DNA of 64,000 bases, taken from Candidatus Freyarchaeum deiterrae (lineage in GTDB: Archaea > Asgardarchaeota > Jordiarchaeia > Jordiarchaeales > Jordiarchaeaceae). The position numbers and the translations under genes are program-made. The DNA is taken from NCBI GenBank assembly GCA_037305845.1, contig CP147778.1:1568001-1632000 (forward strand), read 5' to 3'. Positions 12,405 through 22,648 of the stretch are shown here, in pieces. Numbering within the stretch: position 1 is the stretch's first letter; each line of letters begins with the position of its first letter. The notes below the pieces were generated by a model that made no database searches, was not told the DNA's origin, and saw only the letters and a program-made list of their open reading frames with translations.

Positions 12405-12824
12405 TTAACCGCTTTCCTTAAGAGCTTTCTCTACAATTTCAGCGTATTGTTCGGCGGTGAGTAGACTTTCCTTTTCCTCGTCGAGGTTTGATGCTTTGAT
12501 TACTACCATCCATCCTTTTTTGTATGGGTCCTCGTTTACAAGTTCTGGTGCGTCCTCTAATTCACTGTTAACCTCGACTATCTCACCACTAATTGGTGCA
12601 TATAATTCAGAGACTGCTTTCACTGACTCTATACTACCGAATTCGCTCATTTTTTGTACTTCTGCTCCTGATTCCGGAAGTTCTACGTATACTATATCAC
12701 GTAGTGCCTTTTGAGCGTAGTCAGTTATTCCTACTCGAACATTTTCGCCTTCGATCTTTGCCCACTGGTGTTCCGCTAAGTACATAAGATCATCGGGTAT
12801 GTTCACATCTTCGACTCTAACCAT
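12405..12824 (-). CDS. gcvH: Glycine cleavage system H protein
   Basis: HQW, VGITDYAQ, IESVKAVSE (lipoyl-Lys), VNEDPY..GW. Confidence 0.95.
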   Translation of the reverse strand: MVRVEDVNIPDDLMYLAEHQWAKIEGENVRVGITDYAQKALRDIVYVELPESGAEVQKMSEFGSIESVKAVSELYAPISGEIVEVNSELEDAPELVNEDPYKKGWMVVIKASNLDEEKESLLTAEQYAEIVEKALKESG

Positions 12825-13280
12825 TTTTTTTCCTCCATCTATTCTAAACTCGAAGGATAGATTTCTGTTATTAAATTTTTTGGCTTCTTTTGTCTCGCTA
12901 AATAATTGTTTCTTTCTATATCGCCAGCTCGTGCCCTTTTTTAAGGGCGTAAAAATTATTCTACTTCCCCATCCTATATTTTTTTCCCCTTTAAAGTATG
13001 GTTATGGTTGAAGACTGGTTGACCAAAAGACGGAGTGAGGGTTGAAGATGAACAAGAGCAAAGTGAACTATGGAGCTATAATAATATTTGTTGTATTTAT
13101 GTCTGCAGAAAAATAATTTTTAAGAAAATTTTTTTGATATTCCAAAAGGTCGAAGTATTATGAATTTATTTTTTCTTTATTCAGGTAAGGTATATAAAAT
13201 TTCCAGTATATTGATGAATATCTGTGAACTAAATTAATCCCGCTTGTATCTCTTTGATATTAAAAAATTAGCGGAAAAAC

Positions 13281-15395
13281 GTGGGGTGCAGTGGAACGAG
13301 TTATACGTTGTTGATTACTGAGAAACCAAGTGCTGCTAAACGTATTGCAGAAGCGTTAAATGATGAGAAATCACCAGTAAAATACGAAAAGTACGGTGTG
13401 CCCTATTATGATATTGTGAGAAATGGGGGGAGAATTAGAGTAGTCCCTACCATCGGGCATCTTTATTCGGTTGCTCAAGAAGGGAAGGGGTGGACTTATC
13501 CCATATTTCAAACAAAATGGGTTCCTTCATATACGGTAAGCAAGAAATCAAAAAATACAGAGAACTTTATAAGGGTTATATCCAAACTTGCAGAGGAAGC
13601 TAAAGACTTTATTTCTGCTACAGATTTTGATATTGAGGGTAGTCAGATAGCTTACTGTGTTTTAAAGTATGCTTGTGGTGAACCAAGTCTCAAGAAAGCT
13701 CACAGAATGAAATTTTCGACTTTGACTAATCTCGACATAACTGAAGCTTTTAATTCATTGTCAACCACACTGGACTGGGGGTTAATAGAAGCGGGGCGCA
13801 CACGTCACGAGATAGATTGGATTTATGGCATCAATCTCTCTAGAGCAATGATACTATCATTAAAAAAGGCCTCGGGCATGTATAAAGCATTAAGTACTGG
13901 TCGCGTGCAAGGACCTACTCTAGCCTTTATAGAGAATAGAGAGAGAAAAATTCGAAGCTTCGTTCCGAAACCGTACTGGGCAATTAATGCGGTGGCATTA
14001 ATAAATGACGAGAGATACCCCCTTGAATATTCCCAGAAAAAAATTTGGATAAAGAAAGAAGCTGAAACGATTCTAAACGAGTGCGTTAACAGGAATGGTG
14101 TAATTTCCCAAATTCAGACCAGAAAATCTGTACAGAAGCCTCCCATACCATTTGACATAGGGACTCTACAATCAGAGGCATATAGTAACTTCAGATTTGC
14201 GCCTAGCCGCACACTAAGAATCGCTGAAAGACTTTATCTCGACGCATTAATTTCTTATCCTCGGACTGGCAGTCAAAAGTTTCCGCCATCCATTGACACT
14301 CGGACTATTCTGAAATCATTATCGGGTATTAAACAGTATTCCGAAATGATTAATGAACTTTTATCAAAAGAAAAACTAGTTCCCACACAAGGCAAAAAGG
14401 AAGACTCCGCACACCCGCCTATTCACCCAACTGGGAATCTACCCGAAAGGAAATTAAATGATAACGAGAGAAAAATTTTTGACCTCGTAGTCCGACGATT
14501 TTTAGCGATTTTTGGTGAACCTTCTATTCGAGAAAGTATAATGGTAGAGGTAAATATTAATGAACAGCTTTTTTATATGCATGGACGCCGAATTCTAGAA
14601 CCAGGTTGGCAGAAATATTACGCACCCTATATTAAGAGCGAGGAACTAATTTTACCACGATTGAATAGAGGTCAAGAAATCGGATTGGATTCAATAGAGA
14701 TCACTGAGGGCTACACTTCTCCTCCTTCACGGTACAATCCTAGAAGCATTCTGAATTTAATGGAGAATCAACACATTGGCACCAAGGCTACCAGAGCAGA
14801 TATGATTGATACTCTATACAATAGAGGTTACATCACAGGAGAAAGAATAGTTATGACCACACTTGGTTTTTCGGTAATTAACCTGTTATCAAAATTTTGT
14901 TCAGAAGTTTTATCGGTGGAACTCACCCGCGAACTTGAACAGGAAATGGATGAAATTGAGATACAGAAAAAGACCAGACAAGAAGTAATTATTGACGCTG
15001 TGGATAAACTCACTCCGATTTTGAAGGAATTCAAGCTAAAAGAAGAAGTAATCGGCCAAGGACTGTCAGAAGCAATAACCTCTTTAAGAAATGAACAACG
15101 TACAATAGGTACATGTCCTAAATGTAAGGACGGAGTGCTCACCATAACCTACTCGAGAAAAACGCGTAAAAGGTTCATAGGATGCTCCAATTATTGGGTA
15201 GGAAAGTGCAATTTCAGTGCTCCTATACCTCAAAAAGGAAATATAGATGTAACGGGAAAAAATTGCCCACATTGCGACTATCCAATAATACGCATTAGAG
15301 GGGCTAGAAGGAGACCTTGGAACATGTGTATAAACTGGCAGAATTGCCCCGGAAGAAAAGATAAAGAAGTTCAAAAAGAAGGAGAAGCTGAATGA
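13281..15395 (+). CDS. topA: DNA topoisomerase type IA
   Basis: TEKPS, DFDIEG (TOPRIM), GRVQ, ISYPRT (catalytic Tyr), AHPPIHPT, C-terminal Zn ribbons. Confidence 0.95.
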   Translation: MGCSGTSYTLLITEKPSAAKRIAEALNDEKSPVKYEKYGVPYYDIVRNGGRIRVVPTIGHLYSVAQEGKGWTYPIFQTKWVPSYTVSKKSKNTENFIRVISKLAEEAKDFISATDFDIEGSQIAYCVLKYACGEPSLKKAHRMKFSTLTNLDITEAFNSLSTTLDWGLIEAGRTRHEIDWIYGINLSRAMILSLKKASGMYKALSTGRVQGPTLAFIENRERKIRSFVPKPYWAINAVALINDERYPLEYSQKKIWIKKEAETILNECVNRNGVISQIQTRKSVQKPPIPFDIGTLQSEAYSNFRFAPSRTLRIAERLYLDALISYPRTGSQKFPPSIDTRTILKSLSGIKQYSEMINELLSKEKLVPTQGKKEDSAHPPIHPTGNLPERKLNDNERKIFDLVVRRFLAIFGEPSIRESIMVEVNINEQLFYMHGRRILEPGWQKYYAPYIKSEELILPRLNRGQEIGLDSIEITEGYTSPPSRYNPRSILNLMENQHIGTKATRADMIDTLYNRGYITGERIVMTTLGFSVINLLSKFCSEVLSVELTRELEQEMDEIEIQKKTRQEVIIDAVDKLTPILKEFKLKEEVIGQGLSEAITSLRNEQRTIGTCPKCKDGVLTITYSRKTRKRFIGCSNYWVGKCNFSAPIPQKGNIDVTGKNCPHCDYPIIRIRGARRRPWNMCINWQNCPGRKDKEVQKEGEAE

Positions 15396-15634
15396 AGTGC
15401 CCAATCTGTAATCTAAATAAATATGAAGAATTTGATTACTGCGAAAATCATCAATCTGCTTACCTTAAACTTATGGAGAGATATAATGATTGGAAAAAGG
15501 CCATTAATATTACTTGGCAAGAATACCTGAAAAAAATAATAGAAAATGAAAACACGGGAGAATGGGCAAGAGAAGTAGCTACGCATCTATTGGATGAAAA
15601 TTCAAAACAAGTACCACCAACCAATAGTTATTAA
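15392..15634 (+). CDS. Small Cys/His-rich hypothetical protein coupled to topA
   Basis: ATGA overlap with topA stop; CPIC...CENH. Confidence 0.65.
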   Translation: MKCPICNLNKYEEFDYCENHQSAYLKLMERYNDWKKAINITWQEYLKKIIENENTGEWAREVATHLLDENSKQVPPTNSY

Positions 15635-15717
15635 CATTTGAGAGTAATTTATTTAAGTTAGAGTTGCTAAAAGTTCTTAGCCTATGTTGATTACAGGTAA
15701 AATATGGGTGCCTTGAA

Positions 15718-16110
15718 ATGAAAATACCAAAAATTGGGTTACCCGCCGGGCTCTCGCCTATATTAGCTTTTGGTATTGTTCTAGCCATTATTCTTTTTGT
15801 AATGGGTGGTGGAGTTTACGTTATTACTAGTAACCCTTCATTCAATAATCCTTCTGGCACATCAATCGTCAGTTCTAGCCTATCGGGTCAATATGGCATA
15901 GAAGCTGTATTATCCATTGCATTTATGTTCGTCGGTTTCGTAGGATTTTTGTTAATCTATGAATCCACAAAACATGTTTACAATGCAAGCTTAGCTACAA
16001 AATTGCTGGTTATGGGGATGGTATTGGTAGCTGTTTCGACCTTTTTGCTTTATTGGATGGTAATACCAAAAGCGCCATGGATATTCAGATTCGCTGGAAA
16101 TAGTGGATAA
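15718..16110 (+). CDS. OST3/OST6 (OSTC/DC2)-like oligosaccharyltransferase accessory subunit
   Basis: Three TM helices; GGGVY..I..P...GQYGIE..L...F.F.G..GF matches the OSTC/DC2 pattern as I recall it. Confidence 0.65.
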   Translation: MKIPKIGLPAGLSPILAFGIVLAIILFVMGGGVYVITSNPSFNNPSGTSIVSSSLSGQYGIEAVLSIAFMFVGFVGFLLIYESTKHVYNASLATKLLVMGMVLVAVSTFLLYWMVIPKAPWIFRFAGNSG

Positions 16111-16301
16111 TAGGGAAGTCTCCTTATACCCTTTGTTCAAGTCGTACTGGCTCAAACTTTTTTCATAGTGGAATTATTAAAAAGTAATAACATACACACG
16201 ATCTCAACTAATCTTGTTAATTGTTTGCATGCATGAAAAGGCTTTAAAGAAATTGTTATCCTCGGGTCAGTTAATGTCCAAAAGCTGTTTTTAAGTAGTT
16301 T

Positions 16302-16985
16302 TTACCAAGGTTCCTTTTTGAGTCTTAGTTTATAACCAATTATATTTGCAGCCAAGTGTATTATTGGTGTCAAAACAACTAGTACTATGATAATTTCTAT
16401 TGGTGGAATGAAATCGATAAATGAGAATAGTAACGCTCCTATTATAAAGTCTAATTGGTCTAATGGCGGGGCGGGGCGGCCCCTTTCGAGGTTAAGCCTT
16501 CTTTTTATAAAGGAACCTATTAAATCACCTATTAAAGCACCAAATGATAAAAGAAAACCGTGAAAGATGGTTGGTGCTAATATTGCCTTGGAATTTGTTG
16601 GTAAGTTCATTAGAATAAAGAATAACGAACCGGAAGTTAACCATTGATAGATTATAAAGTCTAAAATGGCTTGAGAAGCTCCTAAGGTAGACGCGAGATA
16701 AAACCAATATACAATTGGTGCATTAGAGCTTATCCAGGGTAGCGCTATTTGTTGTCCGGAGATAAGTTGTAAAGCGCCTATTAGGGTTCCAAACGCGGTT
16801 CCTCCAATGAGCCCACGAACGGTCTTACCGTCTCCGAAGACACGCTTTTTATCTATAAAATTATGTCCAAAATCCAAAGGCTTATTTAATCTATTTCCTC
16901 TTCCAAAAACAACCGCAAGTCCATTTGCTGCATACGCAGGCAAAATAAACCAGAATGCCAGTATAATAGAGGGTAAGAGATCCAT
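16302..16985 (-). CDS. carS: CDP-archaeol synthase
   Basis: PAYAAN, PLDFG, GDGKT.RG, GDL.GSFIKRR, LDQLDF; start placed at ATG 16985 after GGAGG. Confidence 0.93.
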   Translation of the reverse strand: MDLLPSIILAFWFILPAYAANGLAVVFGRGNRLNKPLDFGHNFIDKKRVFGDGKTVRGLIGGTAFGTLIGALQLISGQQIALPWISSNAPIVYWFYLASTLGASQAILDFIIYQWLTSGSLFFILMNLPTNSKAILAPTIFHGFLLSFGALIGDLIGSFIKRRLNLERGRPAPPLDQLDFIIGALLFSFIDFIPPIEIIIVLVVLTPIIHLAANIIGYKLRLKKEPW

Positions 16986-17057
16986 GTCTTTATTGTGCCT
17001 CCGGATAATATAGTTATAGTATTTTGTCACATTTTTTAAACAACTTTGTTATAACGC

Positions 17058-17759
17058 TTACTGCTGTTGGTGTAATCCTTTTTCTGTCAGCAAAACATTA
17101 ATCGTATTTTTTTGGGCGATTTCGAGATTTTTAGTTATACTGATACGTCTTACTCCCATGTTAAGATATTCCAATTTTAAATCTAATGAGGACCAATATG
17201 ATATTATGGTTCCACCAGCAGGTTTGATTTGATTTTCACTCTCTTTGATACCCGCAGAAACTTGATTAGTTACCATAACGGATACGTTGTGTTCGCTAGC
17301 TAAATTTAACAGTTCTGCCATTTGTCTGTTAAGTTCACGGTTTAATGCAACATTTTTGGCTAGATAGTCTAATTCAGCTCTATACAATTTTGTTGCGGTA
17401 TCAATGACTATTAGTCTTACGTCTTTGGTTATGAATAATTCCATTTTGTCAATCAAATTGGATTGCTCGGCAAAAGATTTGGGTCTAATTATATTTAGGA
17501 ATTGTAGAAGGTTCTCAGAACTAGCCATTTGTAGTACTCTAGTAGGATGGACACCATTTTCAGTATCGATAAAGAAGGTTTTCATACCCTTTTTTGCTAT
17601 ACTTAATGCACATTGAATAGCTAGGGTAGTTTTTCCGGTTGCTGAGGCTCCAAAAACATGAGTTAATAAGCCAAGAGGTATTCCTCCGTCCAGCATATCA
17701 TCGAGAGGAGGTATGCCCGTAGAGATTCTGTGATGCCCTTTAGGATTTTCTGGAGCCAT
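17058..17759 (-). CDS. radB: RadB recombination mediator
   Basis: STG...LD.ML.GG, GASATGKT, IDTE, TNQV; short RecA fold without the RadA N-terminal domain. Confidence 0.85.
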   Translation of the reverse strand: MAPENPKGHHRISTGIPPLDDMLDGGIPLGLLTHVFGASATGKTTLAIQCALSIAKKGMKTFFIDTENGVHPTRVLQMASSENLLQFLNIIRPKSFAEQSNLIDKMELFITKDVRLIVIDTATKLYRAELDYLAKNVALNRELNRQMAELLNLASEHNVSVMVTNQVSAGIKESENQIKPAGGTIISYWSSLDLKLEYLNMGVRRISITKNLEIAQKNTINVLLTEKGLHQQQ

Positions 17760-18141
17760 TCCTGCCTCATCTTTTTCTAATTTTGCTAAGATCGTTTAAT
17801 GCTTTGAAAAACCTCTAAACAACATTGATCTACGCCCTATTATAAGCACTTATTTTAAACTCTTGAATATTTATGGGGGCATTCATTTAATGGAACCACT
17901 TTTACTTATAGATTTATCTTTTCTATTCTTGCCGAGTCGAGCAATATACTAATAAATATTTTTTCCAAAAATTTTATTTTGAATTGATTGAATGTTATTT
18001 CAATTGAATTATGGCTAGATCATGTTCCATTCTAGGGCCTTAGTGGTTATATATGGTTCATCAAAAATAATTTTACCGATAGGTTAATATCCAGAATTAT
18101 AGGGAAAAAGGGATAATCTTAATCTTTGGAGAAGTAATACC

Positions 18142-18912
18142 TTGGTTGAAATAGCAGTAGTAACAAGCAACATGCGGCTATATTATAAAGTTGTTAAGGA
18201 GCTTAAGGATGAAGGTATTGCCTTCATTAGCATGAAGCCCGGCGAGGTTATTCCCAAAGAAATAAAATGTGTCATAACGTCTAGTAGTGAGAGAGATTTG
18301 GTTACGCATACGAACATTTTAATTGTTGATAGTGAAGATTCCTCTCCCCTCATACAAAAATTGCGCCTTGTTTTAACTGAGGTTGAACCTCCTATTACTA
18401 TGGTGACCGTCGGTGTTGACCCGGGAAAAACTTATGGTATAGCAGTGCTTGTTAATGAAAATGTGCTTGATACTTACAAAGCATTTTCTTCAAAAAAAAC
18501 CGCTGAAATTATCAAAAATATATTGTTAACCTTTCCTGCGGCGAGAAAAATTATCCGTATTGGAACAGGTGTTCCACTTTACTATAATCAACTTTTAGAG
18601 CTTCTAACTGATGTGAATGCCGAGTTGGAGCTTGTGAATGAATTTGAAACTTCTAGTGGCCCGCGAGCAATAAAAGATACGAATGCGGCTTTAGCAATCG
18701 CAAAGAAAAAAGGATTAAAACCACAGGAATATGAAAAAGTACACAGAATAAAGAGGGGTACAATTAAGCACATTCAAAAAATGAGTCGTCAAGCATCCCA
18801 TGGCAAAATAACAATAAATGAGTCTAGTGCAAGAAAGGTTGCGGTAGGGGAAATTAGCCTTGACCTCGCTATCGCGTCACAAAAAAAGAAAGCTGCGAGG
18901 AAAGATTCGTGA
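18142..18912 (+). CDS. Hypothetical protein with RNase H-like (YqgF-like) domain
   Basis: VGVDPGKTYGIAV, VNEFETS, D..AA..IA; overlaps the next gene. Confidence 0.6.
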   Translation: MVEIAVVTSNMRLYYKVVKELKDEGIAFISMKPGEVIPKEIKCVITSSSERDLVTHTNILIVDSEDSSPLIQKLRLVLTEVEPPITMVTVGVDPGKTYGIAVLVNENVLDTYKAFSSKKTAEIIKNILLTFPAARKIIRIGTGVPLYYNQLLELLTDVNAELELVNEFETSSGPRAIKDTNAALAIAKKKGLKPQEYEKVHRIKRGTIKHIQKMSRQASHGKITINESSARKVAVGEISLDLAIASQKKKAARKDS

Positions 18913-20195
18913 AAAAGGTAGTTGAGGCGAGACCAAATCAAACATTGCTTGTAAAAGGCCCGGCAAAAATAGATATTGTTAAAGGAGAGATTTCAATACT
19001 GGAGAACAATTTGGGGGAGGGAGAGAGTATAGTTATCACCAGAGGAAAAGCACTCCCCATTAAGGCTGTTTCGGAAACAGTATTGGATAGTTACATTGAT
19101 AATGATGACGCCGTCGAGCCCTTAGAGGAGCAATTTCCAAAAGAATGGATCGGTGTTACTAACCTTTTTGAGAATTTGGAATTACCCACACTAATACCCA
19201 TACTGGGGAGTGTAGATTCCGGTAAAACATCACTAACAACTTATTTAGCAAATAATGCTTTTAAAAAAGGTTACAGAGTTGCAATTGTTGATGCGGATGT
19301 TGGGCAAAGTAATATTGGCCAACCATGCTTCGTGAGTATGGGATTTATGGAGAAAACAGTTTCCATGCTTTCCGAGGTTAAATTGAAGGGGACTTACTTT
19401 ATTGGTTCAAATACTCCGTCTCGGTTACTTCATAGAACAATCACAGGAGTAGCAGTAATGGTAAAAAAGGCATTAGACAATAATGCAGAAATAGTTTTTG
19501 TAGACACGGCGGGTTGGGTTTATGGGAGAGGGGCGAGAGAACTTGAGGCATCCCTAATCTCAATGTTACAACCTAGAATTCTAATTGCGTTACAAAGAGG
19601 GAATGAAATAGAGCATCTACTAAGCCCATTCAATGAGTCTTTAGTTAATATTGTTCGACTCCCAGCCCCAAGAACTTATAAAAGAAGTAGAGAGAATAGA
19701 AAATTCCTTAGAGAAATCTCATATCAAAAAGGCCTGCAAGGAGGGCGAGACATAACTTTAAGCTTGGAGCAAATTAACTTGAGGTATACTCTTCTGGGTT
19801 CCGGCTCTCAAGTCAAACCCGAAAAATTCGAAGAAATAAAACGGATTTTAGGTTGTCTTCCCATTTATATTGAAGAATCCACAGATATTTTATACATTGT
19901 TCTGCCAGATTACGAAATTAGAATAAATAAAGACATAACAGAGTATTTAGAGGATCAGTTATATAAAACAGAAGTGTATCTCACCCAAAAAAGAGATTTC
20001 GAAAATGTCCTAGTTGCTTTCCAAGATGAAAACAATGAACCCCTCAACATAGGTATAATTAAAAGAATAGATTTTGAAAAACGTGAAATTACTTTCTATA
20101 CTTCTGCTGACAAAGAAAAAATAAGATCAGCACAATTTGGATTACTGAAGGTCAGCGAAGATGGAGAAGAACTAGGATATACGAAGATACTTTGA
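18909..20195 (+). CDS. Clp1/Grc3/Nol9-family polynucleotide 5'-OH kinase
   Basis: GSVDSGKT, DADVGQ, DTAGW, RSRENRKFLRE lid. Confidence 0.88.
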   Translation: MKKVVEARPNQTLLVKGPAKIDIVKGEISILENNLGEGESIVITRGKALPIKAVSETVLDSYIDNDDAVEPLEEQFPKEWIGVTNLFENLELPTLIPILGSVDSGKTSLTTYLANNAFKKGYRVAIVDADVGQSNIGQPCFVSMGFMEKTVSMLSEVKLKGTYFIGSNTPSRLLHRTITGVAVMVKKALDNNAEIVFVDTAGWVYGRGARELEASLISMLQPRILIALQRGNEIEHLLSPFNESLVNIVRLPAPRTYKRSRENRKFLREISYQKGLQGGRDITLSLEQINLRYTLLGSGSQVKPEKFEEIKRILGCLPIYIEESTDILYIVLPDYEIRINKDITEYLEDQLYKTEVYLTQKRDFENVLVAFQDENNEPLNIGIIKRIDFEKREITFYTSADKEKIRSAQFGLLKVSEDGEELGYTKIL

Positions 20196-20259
20196 GTTTT
20201 CTTCTTAGTCAAGATCCCAATTTTTTATAACCAGTGAATTGGAAAGAAGTATTAACTAA

Positions 20260-21469
20260 TTACTTTCTTCCAATCCATCCTATCTCTTTTATAGTTTCGC
20301 CGGTTTCAATAACTTCAAAAGCCTTTTTCAATACATCTTTCTGTTCTTGTACGGTGACATCTCTGCCACCTAGACCTGCTATAAATTCCAGCACAGGCGG
20401 CCTCTTATCCTCTGTATATAGCGCAGCTTTAATCTCAGATGCTGATGCACCGCCTTTTCCTGCTGAAAGGTTTCTGTCTATTACTGAAATAGCTTTAACG
20501 CGACTAGCAATTCTGCGTATCTCCTCTTCAGGAAAAGGTCTAAAAGTCCTCAGCTTCACTGATCCTGCTCTGTAGCCTTCCTCTCTTAACTCGTCGACAG
20601 CTACCATAGCTTGGTCAGCAAGAGAACCCATACAGAAAATCACCGCGTCTGCATCTTGACACCGATATTCTTCGACCAAATCACCGTGATATCTTCCAAA
20701 TTTCTTTTTGAAATCAGAGGCAACCTCCACGATTTTTCTTTTAGCGTTTTCATGTGCTAAATGTATAAGATACTTGAACTCGTAAAACCAATCATCAGGG
20801 TTCTGTAGATTTCCATAAGTAATGGGGTTATCTATGTCTATACCTATATGCGTTGGATTATATGGAGGAATGAAAGCGTCAACCTCTTCTTGTTCTGGAA
20901 TCACGACTGGTTGAGAGGTATGACTAATAGTGAATCCCTCATAACAAACCATCATTGGTAGAAGAATCTCTTGATCTTCTGCAATTTTAAATGCTTGTAT
21001 AATTGAATCGAACGCGTCCTGATGATTGGCACAATAAACTTGCATCCAGCCAGTATCTCTTTGAGAAACCGAATCGTTGTGATCCGACCAGATGTTCCAA
21101 GGTGGTCCTAAAGCTCTATTAACTACAGCCATAACAATAGGCAAACGCGAAGACGCAGCCCAGTGAACCATCTCATGCATATAGATTAAACCGTGGGCAG
21201 AAGTAGCGGTAAACGTTCTAACCCCAGCGAGAGAAGCGCCGACGCAAGCTGCTAAAGCAGAATGCTCAGATTCGACACGCACAAATTTGGCATTCAATTC
21301 GCCACCATCAACAAGGTCCGACAACTTCTCTACAATACCAGTCTGCGGCGTTATTATCCCCGAACAAGAATCTTGCTCAGTTTGGATAAGCCGCTATAAC
21401 TGCGGGTCTCGATAAAGCAGCAGCGTAAGCCGCAGCATAATTTCCGGTTGTTATCACAGTTTTTGCCAT
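20260..21469 (-). CDS. porA: 2-oxoacid:ferredoxin oxidoreductase alpha subunit, interrupted by a 28-nt BHB intron; join(21382..21469, 20260..21353), 393 aa
   Basis: ATG at 21469 overlaps the upstream stop. Exon 1 reads MAKTVITTGNYAAAYAAALSRPAVIAAYP; removing 21354-21381 gives ...AAYPITPQTGIVEKLSD, continuing into the 354-aa ORF (ESEHSA, TATS, NRA). Confidence 0.92.
21354..21381 (-). other. BHB mRNA intron in porA (28 nt)
   Basis: GCGGCUU-AUCC-AA^A-CUGAGCAAG(AUU)CUUGUUCGG-GGAU-AA^U-AACGCCGC: 4-bp central helix, two 3-nt bulges, inner and outer helices. Confidence 0.88.
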
Positions 21470-22398
21470 TACGCTTCCTCCTTTTCTCTAACTGAGTGCA
21501 TGTTCTTTTTTGGACAAACAGATGCACAAACGCCACAACCTTTACAATAGGTATAATTAATTACAGGATATCCTTCCTCGTCAACACTAATCGCGTTTTC
21601 TGGGCAGAACATCCAACAAGCCAAACAACCATTACATTCTTCTCGATCATAAACTGGTTTAAAAACTCTCCACTCACCAGTTATTCCCATACTTGCCTCT
21701 GAAGGTTTGGAAACTGGTATCGGCGGCAGATCACCCCAAGTCTGAAATTGTGAAACTCTCACCCGCCTGGAAACAGGCATACTGCCCTCAATGTACTGCT
21801 CCTCCGGCACAACATGTTCCACTGTCTTTTCATAAGCTTTTTCAACTGCCTTAAGATTCTTTTCGCCTTCACCACCACTAAATATGCCACTTAAGGCCTC
21901 CAACATAGAATCCAAACTGATTAACCCCGTAGCCTTCGCAAAAGCACCGAGCATGGGTGTGGCAGAAAGTGCCAGCCCCGCCACTTCCAAACCAAATTCT
22001 ATAGAAGTAGAAGTAGCGTCCACAGTAAAAATTTTGGCACCCTTAGGAAGTTTTCCAATCTTGCTAACGGTGTCAGAGTTACCTGGAGTATTAATCACAA
22101 GGATTCCGTCAGTTTTTAAACCATCAGTAATGTTAACCATACCAGATTCAAACAATGTGGGATCAACAACAATCACAATATCAGGAGTATATACATTAGA
22201 ATGGATTCGAATCGGCTCTTTTGAAAACCTTGTATAGGCTGCCACAGGAGCACCACGGCGTTCAGCGCCGAAAAAGGGTATTGTTTGGACTCCTTGGAAG
22301 CCTTCATGGAACGCTGCCTCAGCCAATGTTCTGGCAGCTGTTACTGTGCCCTGGCCACCGCGTCCATGCCATCGTGTCTCGTAAACTTTAGCAGGCAT
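21469..22398 (-). CDS. 2-oxoacid:ferredoxin oxidoreductase gamma-delta fusion
   Basis: HGRGGQG, FGAERRGAP (gamma); TGEWR..KP and two CxxCxxCxxxCP motifs (delta). Confidence 0.92.
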   Translation of the reverse strand: MPAKVYETRWHGRGGQGTVTAARTLAEAAFHEGFQGVQTIPFFGAERRGAPVAAYTRFSKEPIRIHSNVYTPDIVIVVDPTLFESGMVNITDGLKTDGILVINTPGNSDTVSKIGKLPKGAKIFTVDATSTSIEFGLEVAGLALSATPMLGAFAKATGLISLDSMLEALSGIFSGGEGEKNLKAVEKAYEKTVEHVVPEEQYIEGSMPVSRRVRVSQFQTWGDLPPIPVSKPSEASMGITGEWRVFKPVYDREECNGCLACWMFCPENAISVDEEGYPVINYTYCKGCGVCASVCPKKNMHSVREKEEA

Positions 22399-22648
22399 TT
22401 ACGTACCTCCAAGCTGAAGTGTTCTTATCTTAAATTGTTTGATTTATTAGGGATACACAATTTTGTACTTAAAACAGTTTTGGGTAATAAAATTTAACTA
22501 GATAGGAGAGACACAAAACATTTTTAACACTTAAAATTTACGCAAGAGGGCTGAAAACAAATATGCAACCGTCATTACGCACTAACTTTTTAAGTAAACA
22601 ATCTTTTGTTTTACCACTCAAAAAGCTAAGAGAAAGGGAATTAGAAAA

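Noticed and set aside
12933-12948. GCCCTT-TTTT-AAGGGC palindrome between gcvH and topA
   Set aside because: Single short hairpin; could be an operator but there is no independent support
21354-21536. 60-aa ORF between the gamma-delta gene and porA
   Set aside because: Off-frame overlap; the real porA exon 1 begins at ATG 21469 in another frame
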